Source of the DNA: an uncultured archaeon
GTDB taxonomy: Archaea; Iainarchaeota; Iainarchaeia; Iainarchaeales; 0-14-0-20-30-16
NCBI GenBank assembly: GCA_964565725.1
Contig: CAZMGA010000001.1
Span: forward strand, 2,518 to 34,517
Reading direction: 5' to 3'
Length of the DNA stretch: 32,000 nt
Under the pieces are notes generated by a model. It was not told the DNA's origin. It made no database searches and saw nothing but the letters and a program-made list of their open reading frames with translations. Position numbers and translations under genes: made by a program. This document shows positions 26,909 to 32,000 of the stretch, one piece after another (positions within the stretch are counted from its first letter, which is position 1; each line of letters opens with the position of its first letter).

Positions 26909-28004
26909 ATGAGAAAACAAATTTTTGTTTTCTTTTATCTATTTTTTTTAAAATAAGTTTTTTATTATTTATTATAAATTCTTTATCAATCTCTAAATTT
27001 TTTAATAATTTTTTTTGTATATTTTCTAAAGCGTCATAGTTAGAATAAATGAAATCACCTTTTTCTTTTATAATTTCCATTTCTTTTATAATTTTTTCTT
27101 TTGCCATTTTTTGTTTTTTCAAAATATTTTCAATATTATTTTTTTCTTTGTTTTTAACTTTTAAATTTTCATTTTGATCTGCAAACAAAATATTTTTCAA
27201 AATATATTTTTCTATAAAATTATTATATTCACAGTCAATTTTATTTAAAAATTCAAAATCTAAATTAAAAATATTTATTTTGTTATTGTTTTCAAAATAA
27301 GTTAACCTAAATTTTTTGTTTATATATTTTTCTTTAAAATAATTAATTACGTCTTGAAAATTTTCATAAGTGTAATTGTCTTTATTTATATTTTTATATT
27401 CTAAATATTTTTCCACTAATTTTGGATTCAAACTAGTATTTAAAGTAATATTTGAAACCAAATTTTTGTCTAAATTTATATCTTCTTTTTTAGAATTATA
27501 TTCTAAAATATTTTTAAAATTATTTTTTGGCAAAACATATATTTCATTTTTACTAATTTTTCTTTCTTTCCATTCTTCTTTTAATAAATATAAAATTATT
27601 TTATTGTTTTTATCTGTTAATATTATATTATTGTTTGAAAAAAATTCACAATATAAATTATAATCTAAAAATTCAAATAATAATATTTTTTCTAAATTTA
27701 TTTGTTTTATATTCATAATTTTTTTATTTTCTAAAATATTGTTTAATTGCAGCGCAAATCCTTTATTTTGAGGTTTTGCCTCTGTTTTTAAATTAGAAAT
27801 TATTGCAAACCCCAATCCCAAAAGTAATTCCTTATTATTTTCTTTCCTAATTTTTATTTTTAATATTTTTTCATTGGTATTAAGCAATTGTATTTTTTGA
27901 ATGTATCCATTTAATAATTCTTTGTTAAATAAATCTTCTAAATATAAAAAATTACTATTATTAAATTCTATATTTTTCCATTCTAAACTATTCATATTAA
28001 ACAT
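26901..28004 (-). CDS. NFACT-N / RqcH (Rqc2, fibronectin-binding-like) N-terminal half; likely start at MNSLEWKN (27995)
   Basis: LNGYIQKIQ...KILKIKIRKENNKELLLGLG...FALQLNNILENKKI...EFFSNNNIILTDKNNKII then coiled coil ending GDFIYSNYDALENIQKKL. No NFACT-R region. Confidence 0.75.
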   Translation of the reverse strand: MFNMNSLEWKNIEFNNSNFLYLEDLFNKELLNGYIQKIQLLNTNEKILKIKIRKENNKELLLGLGFAIISNLKTEAKPQNKGFALQLNNILENKKIMNIKQINLEKILLFEFLDYNLYCEFFSNNNIILTDKNNKIILYLLKEEWKERKISKNEIYVLPKNNFKNILEYNSKKEDINLDKNLVSNITLNTSLNPKLVEKYLEYKNINKDNYTYENFQDVINYFKEKYINKKFRLTYFENNNKINIFNLDFEFLNKIDCEYNNFIEKYILKNILFADQNENLKVKNKEKNNIENILKKQKMAKEKIIKEMEIIKEKGDFIYSNYDALENIQKKLLKNLEIDKEFIINNKKLILKKIDKRKQKFVFSFT

Positions 28005-28711
28005 TTTAAATCACTAATTTTTTTAATTATTAAATCTGGATTATATTTTAATAATTCCTTTTTATTGTATAAAAAATCTATTTTTGCAATAGTATAAACC
28101 TTTGCGTTTTTTCCAAAAATGATGTCTTTAATATTATCTCCAATATAAACAATATTTTTGTTTTTTAAATCATACTTTTTAATAATATATTTTAAAGTTT
28201 TAGGGTTTGGTTTTGAAGTTTTTATTACGCCCGATGTTATTATTATATCAAACATTTTTTTTTCATTTCTTAAACTTAATAACACCGCTTTCTTTTTTGA
28301 GCTAGTAATTATTCCTAATTTATATTTTTCTTTTAATTTGTATAATATATTTTTTGTTTCTTCTTCAAAAACAATATTTTTCTTTAAATAATTATAATAT
28401 TTTTTTTCAAATAAATTATTTAAAATTAAAATTTCTTTTTCTTTTAATTTTGGATTCAACAACTTAATAACTTTTTTGGAGGGTGGTCCAAATTCTTTAA
28501 TTATCTTTTTATCATCTGTTTTTGGAAAAATAGATTTAAAAGCTTTTAATATAATTTCATTAGATTTAATTAAAGTTCCATCCAAATCAAAAATTAAAAA
28601 TTTAACATTCTTTTTAATATTTTTTAAATTAGTATCTAAGAATTGCACCAATACCACCAAATGCGTTAATAAATTGTACGGATTCACTAGAATTTTTAGA
28701 AATAAATACAA
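27992..28711 (-). CDS. HAD-like hydrolase (phosphoglycolate-phosphatase-like); true start internal, about 28604-28636
   Basis: FLIFDLDGTLIKSN, IITSSKKK, SKPNPKTL, VYIGDNIKDI. Confidence 0.88.
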   Translation of the reverse strand: MYLFLKILVNPYNLLTHLVVLVQFLDTNLKNIKKNVKFLIFDLDGTLIKSNEIILKAFKSIFPKTDDKKIIKEFGPPSKKVIKLLNPKLKEKEILILNNLFEKKYYNYLKKNIVFEEETKNILYKLKEKYKLGIITSSKKKAVLLSLRNEKKMFDIIITSGVIKTSKPNPKTLKYIIKKYDLKNKNIVYIGDNIKDIIFGKNAKVYTIAKIDFLYNKKELLKYNPDLIIKKISDLKCLI

Positions 28712-29846
28712 TTTTGGTATTATATTTTTTCGCTAATTCATAAAAATATTCGCCTACATCTATTTTTTCTATTTCACAAATTTTGTCCGAACCACAGTTA
28801 GGACATTTTAAAGTATTGGTTTCTTTTGTAAAAACAGTATTACAGGCCTCACATTCAAATTCACTCATGTCAAATTCTAAATCTTCATATAATATAATTT
28901 TGTCTACCCGTCCTTCTTTAACTGCAGAAATAACTTCATTTATACCGTATGTAGCTAAATTTGTTTTTACAACTTTTTCAAAAAAATTAAAAATTTCTTG
29001 TTTTTCAATAACTAATTCACTTTCTTTTAATATATCTTCAGATAGCTCTATAATTTCTTTAATTCCTGACTCATCTGTATAAGTATTATCTACAAAACCC
29101 AAAATTTTGTTTTTTACCCTGTAATCCATTTCAGCAATTTCTATTGCTTTTCTTTTTGTATTTCCTGGTCCTCCAAGAATGATTCCTTGTAATTTGTTTT
29201 CTTCAATAAAAGGCAGATATACTTCAGTCATTTTTGTAGAAATTCTATTATAAAAGTCTTGTGCGGCTTCATCTCTTAAATGTTCAAATCTATGAGCTGA
29301 TTGACCCCCCGCCTTTATTTTTCCAGGAACTGTTGAGTTTAAATTCAAAACAATTTTATATATTTTACCAGTTAAATAAGCAATAGTGGCTTCTCTATTA
29401 TCTATTGCTACAATACCATATACTTTATTTGGTATTAACATTTCTTTTAAAGGATCTAAGTAAAAACTTGAATCACACCTATATAATTTTACATTCAAGG
29501 ATTTAACAGGAATTATATGATGTAATTGTATATCTGCTTTTCCATCTTGTTCAGAAACATTTCCACAAAATAATACCAAACCTGTTTCAGGAATTGAAAA
29601 ATCGGTAACTTTTAAGTATTGAATTATTTTTCTTAATGCTCCTTGAACATTTTTTCTAGTTGTGGCACTTTTTATATTTGATGATTGACTAACTTCATTT
29701 ACCAATTGATTCATTACTGAGCTTCTATCAGTATTGAAAGGAATATATAAGGATATTAATTCCGTATGCTTTCCTTTAAATTTATCTAACAATTTTAATT
29801 TTTTTTTAAAAATTTCAAAATTTACTTCCATTATATCAACCAACAA
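28629..29846 (-). CDS. prf1: Peptide chain release factor aRF1
   Basis: SSNIKSATTRKNV (NIKS), KAGGQSAHRFEHLRDEAA (GGQ), CEAC...CPNCGS zinc region. Confidence 0.97.
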   Translation of the reverse strand: MLVDIMEVNFEIFKKKLKLLDKFKGKHTELISLYIPFNTDRSSVMNQLVNEVSQSSNIKSATTRKNVQGALRKIIQYLKVTDFSIPETGLVLFCGNVSEQDGKADIQLHHIIPVKSLNVKLYRCDSSFYLDPLKEMLIPNKVYGIVAIDNREATIAYLTGKIYKIVLNLNSTVPGKIKAGGQSAHRFEHLRDEAAQDFYNRISTKMTEVYLPFIEENKLQGIILGGPGNTKRKAIEIAEMDYRVKNKILGFVDNTYTDESGIKEIIELSEDILKESELVIEKQEIFNFFEKVVKTNLATYGINEVISAVKEGRVDKIILYEDLEFDMSEFECEACNTVFTKETNTLKCPNCGSDKICEIEKIDVGEYFYELAKKYNTKIVFISKNSSESVQFINAFGGIGAILRY

Positions 29847-29902
29847 ATAGTAATAACAAATATTATATATTTAGAGCAATTATCTTTTTAATCTTACCTA
29901 TT

Positions 29903-31006
29903 TTAAGGTATAATTTCCGCTCCATTATATTTTAAATAATGAAAATCTTTTTTAGAAAGAATTTTCGCATTTATTAGTTTTTTTATTAGTTTTGTATTTT
30001 TTTGTAATTCCTCTATTAAAAAAATAGTATTTTTACAAAGTTGCTTTTTTTCATTTTTTGGCCAAGGGTTAAGAATATTTGAATATAAACATCTAGTTCC
30101 ACACAAATTTAAATATTTACATTTTTTACAGTCATTAGGAACAAAAACAAGTTTTTTTATTTTTGTATTTTTATTTATATCTCCTAAATAATAATTTTTC
30201 ATACCTGCCATTATTGGACAAGGAATAACTTTTCCATCAGTTTGGATTGTAAAATTTCCAAATCCTGCGCCACACATTAATTTAGTTTTTCTTTCGTACA
30301 ATAAGTTATTTATTATCCCTATAAAAGGATAAATTTTTATAATTTTTCCTTTTTTTAAATTTTGTATCCAAAAATCAATTAATTTTTTTAAATTTGGAAT
30401 ATAATTTTCATTTGAAAATTTTTCAAAATTTCTTTTTTTGTAGTCGTTAAACCAGAAATTAGCATCTAATTGCCAATGAATTGAAGAAAATAATTTTGTA
30501 TTTAATAAATGTTTTACATTTTTGTAAATGTTTTGATTTAAAATAGTCATTCTTGCTGTAATTTCCTTTTTGTAGCCTAGGTTTTTAATATAATTTATAT
30601 TTTCTATGATTGTATCATAGGTTTTTTCACCCCTATATTTAGAAGTAATTGATTTATTTCCATCTATAGATATGAAAATACTTTCAAAATATTTTAGGTA
30701 TTCTTTTTTTATTTTATTTAAAAAAATTCCATTTGTTTGTAGTATATATTTTACATTTAAATCTTTCAAAAAATCTATCGTTTTTTCCATTTGAGGTATG
30801 TTTAATAGTGGCTCTCCTCCATAAAAAATAACATAAGGGTTTTTTTCTTTTCTTAAAACATTTTTTAATTTTTTTAAATCATATTTTATATTATTTGATA
30901 TTTCACAAATGGGTTCTGGAAAATCATCTGGTTCATTAAAAGCTTGTTCTCCACAATATTTACAGTTTAAATTACAATTATTTGTTAAAATTAAAAAATA
31001 AATCAT
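29903..31006 (-). CDS. Radical SAM protein with SPASM-like C-terminal cysteines; possible AF1577-type peptide-modifying family
   Basis: LTNNCNLNCKYCGEQ (CxxxCxxC), VIFYGGEPLL, IDGNKS, C-terminal CGAGFGNFTIQTDGKVIPCP...CKKCKYLNLCGTRC. Confidence 0.85.
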   Translation of the reverse strand: MIYFLILTNNCNLNCKYCGEQAFNEPDDFPEPICEISNNIKYDLKKLKNVLRKEKNPYVIFYGGEPLLNIPQMEKTIDFLKDLNVKYILQTNGIFLNKIKKEYLKYFESIFISIDGNKSITSKYRGEKTYDTIIENINYIKNLGYKKEITARMTILNQNIYKNVKHLLNTKLFSSIHWQLDANFWFNDYKKRNFEKFSNENYIPNLKKLIDFWIQNLKKGKIIKIYPFIGIINNLLYERKTKLMCGAGFGNFTIQTDGKVIPCPIMAGMKNYYLGDINKNTKIKKLVFVPNDCKKCKYLNLCGTRCLYSNILNPWPKNEKKQLCKNTIFLIEELQKNTKLIKKLINAKILSKKDFHYLKYNGAEIIP

Positions 31007-31019
31007 TTTATCACTAAAA

Positions 31020-31964
31020 CTAAAAATACTTTTTATATATTTTTAAAAGGTTTGTAAAGTTAATAACTGGTAAATAATAGTTTCTATGATCATCTGTTAT
31101 TCTAGGACAAGCCGTATTAATTAAAAAATTTATACCCAAACCAATTAATTTATTTTCATTAATTTCATTACCATAAATAATAATTGCTTCTTTATTTATT
31201 TTATTTATTTTTTTAACTAAGTCTTCTGCGATTTTTATTTTATTTTGACCTAACTTAGAACTTACATATATACCTATAACTTTACTTTGTAAAAACAAAG
31301 CGTCATAATTTATAATTTTTTTAGAATTTATTTCTTCAAAGTTATTATTAAAGTCATATTTATATGCTTTAACACTTTGTAAAGCATTAAAATGAAAATT
31401 TCCATCCCCTAAATAAATTATAGCATCTAACTTTTTTGATATTTTTTCAACATTAGAACAATCACAACCCAAAATTTGACCTATTTTTAATTTGTTGTTT
31501 TCTTTTCCTAAAACTACGTCCAACTTTTTGTGTTTTTTTAATTCTTTAACAATTTCGAAAATAAAATTATTATATTGTATTGGGCCTACAATAGTTATTT
31601 TTTTCTTTGCAAATTTTTTTTCGATATCTTTAATTGTTTTTTCTATATCCTCTTTATCAAAAATGTAATAACAAGGCCAATAAATTATTTTTTCTTTTGT
31701 GTTTATAAATTTAGTATGCCCAAAGTGAATAATTGCCTCGCAGTTTGCTTTTTTTAAATCTGTTTCATAAATATCACAAGCTCCAAAAGTAGTATCTATA
31801 GATAAAACAAATTCTTTTTTTGTATCTTTCAAGCTATGTAAAATATGTAGATATTTGTGTTTTAAACCCTCGGGTAATTCTATTAAAAATCTTTTTTCCT
31901 TTTTTCTTTTTAAAACTTCTTTTAGTTCTTTTAATTGTAAATCTAATTGTAACATAAATATCAA
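31020..31964 (-). CDS. dph2: Diphthamide biosynthesis enzyme Dph2
   Basis: RFLIELPEGLKHK, DTTFGACDIYE, ILGCDCS, YLGDGNFHF, NTACPRI, the expected three conserved Cys positions. Confidence 0.92.
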   Translation of the reverse strand: MIFMLQLDLQLKELKEVLKRKKEKRFLIELPEGLKHKYLHILHSLKDTKKEFVLSIDTTFGACDIYETDLKKANCEAIIHFGHTKFINTKEKIIYWPCYYIFDKEDIEKTIKDIEKKFAKKKITIVGPIQYNNFIFEIVKELKKHKKLDVVLGKENNKLKIGQILGCDCSNVEKISKKLDAIIYLGDGNFHFNALQSVKAYKYDFNNNFEEINSKKIINYDALFLQSKVIGIYVSSKLGQNKIKIAEDLVKKINKINKEAIIIYGNEINENKLIGLGINFLINTACPRITDDHRNYYLPVINFTNLLKIYKKYF

Positions 31965-32000
31965 TATATAATATTTATATTAAAAGTATAAATAGTTTTT

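Noticed and set aside
27376-28736. Plus-strand ORFs 27376-27663, 28158-28391 and 28476-28736
   Set aside because: Antisense shadows of the NFACT-like, HAD and aRF1 genes.
1-32000. CRISPR array, transposase, integrase, toxin-antitoxin or restriction-modification module
   Set aside because: No regularly spaced repeats, transposase/integrase motifs, terminal inverted repeats, or methyltransferase motifs found on reading. The PD-(D/E)xK gene is more plausibly a repair/resolvase enzyme.
1-32000. Alternative genetic code (TGA or TAG reassigned)
   Set aside because: TGA and TAG both terminate supported ORFs at sensible points (e.g. ATGA junctions at 6924 and 7196; the patatin TAG at 306), so a standard code is sufficient.

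Overview
AT-rich (low GC) window from an archaeal chromosome. Compact genes, small divergent archaeal proteins, TFE, pelota, ABCE1, aRF1 and Dph2 suggest a DPANN-like lineage, which is inference. Most of the window is housekeeping: a mutS-mutL-PD(D/E)xK nuclease-patatin cluster; rpl15e with three RNase P protein genes (Rpp30, Pop5, Rpp21-like); topA, an Lrp-type regulator and Elp3; a DHH phosphoesterase; divergent pelota/ABCE1; TFE whose stop codon directly abuts an initiator tRNA-Met; GT2 glycosyltransferase, Dus, two PRC-barrel proteins, an RqcH/NFACT N-terminal half, HAD phosphatase, aRF1, a radical SAM-SPASM-like protein and Dph2. The least explained locus is 7796-11305, which encodes a 937-aa and a 225-aa coiled-coil/charged protein pair, each with two hydrophobic segments at the C-terminus. 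The larger one carries an 85-aa-spaced duplicated 25-aa glycine-rich motif that differs at DNA level only by synonymous changes. Other notable points: an edge-truncated membrane protein with a CTG(I) motif resembling archaeo/exosortases that the ORF track missed, a frameshifted HD-domain gene that also has HD changed to ND, and an RqcH-like protein lacking its C-terminal half. No CRISPR array, transposon, or clear complete defence system was seen.
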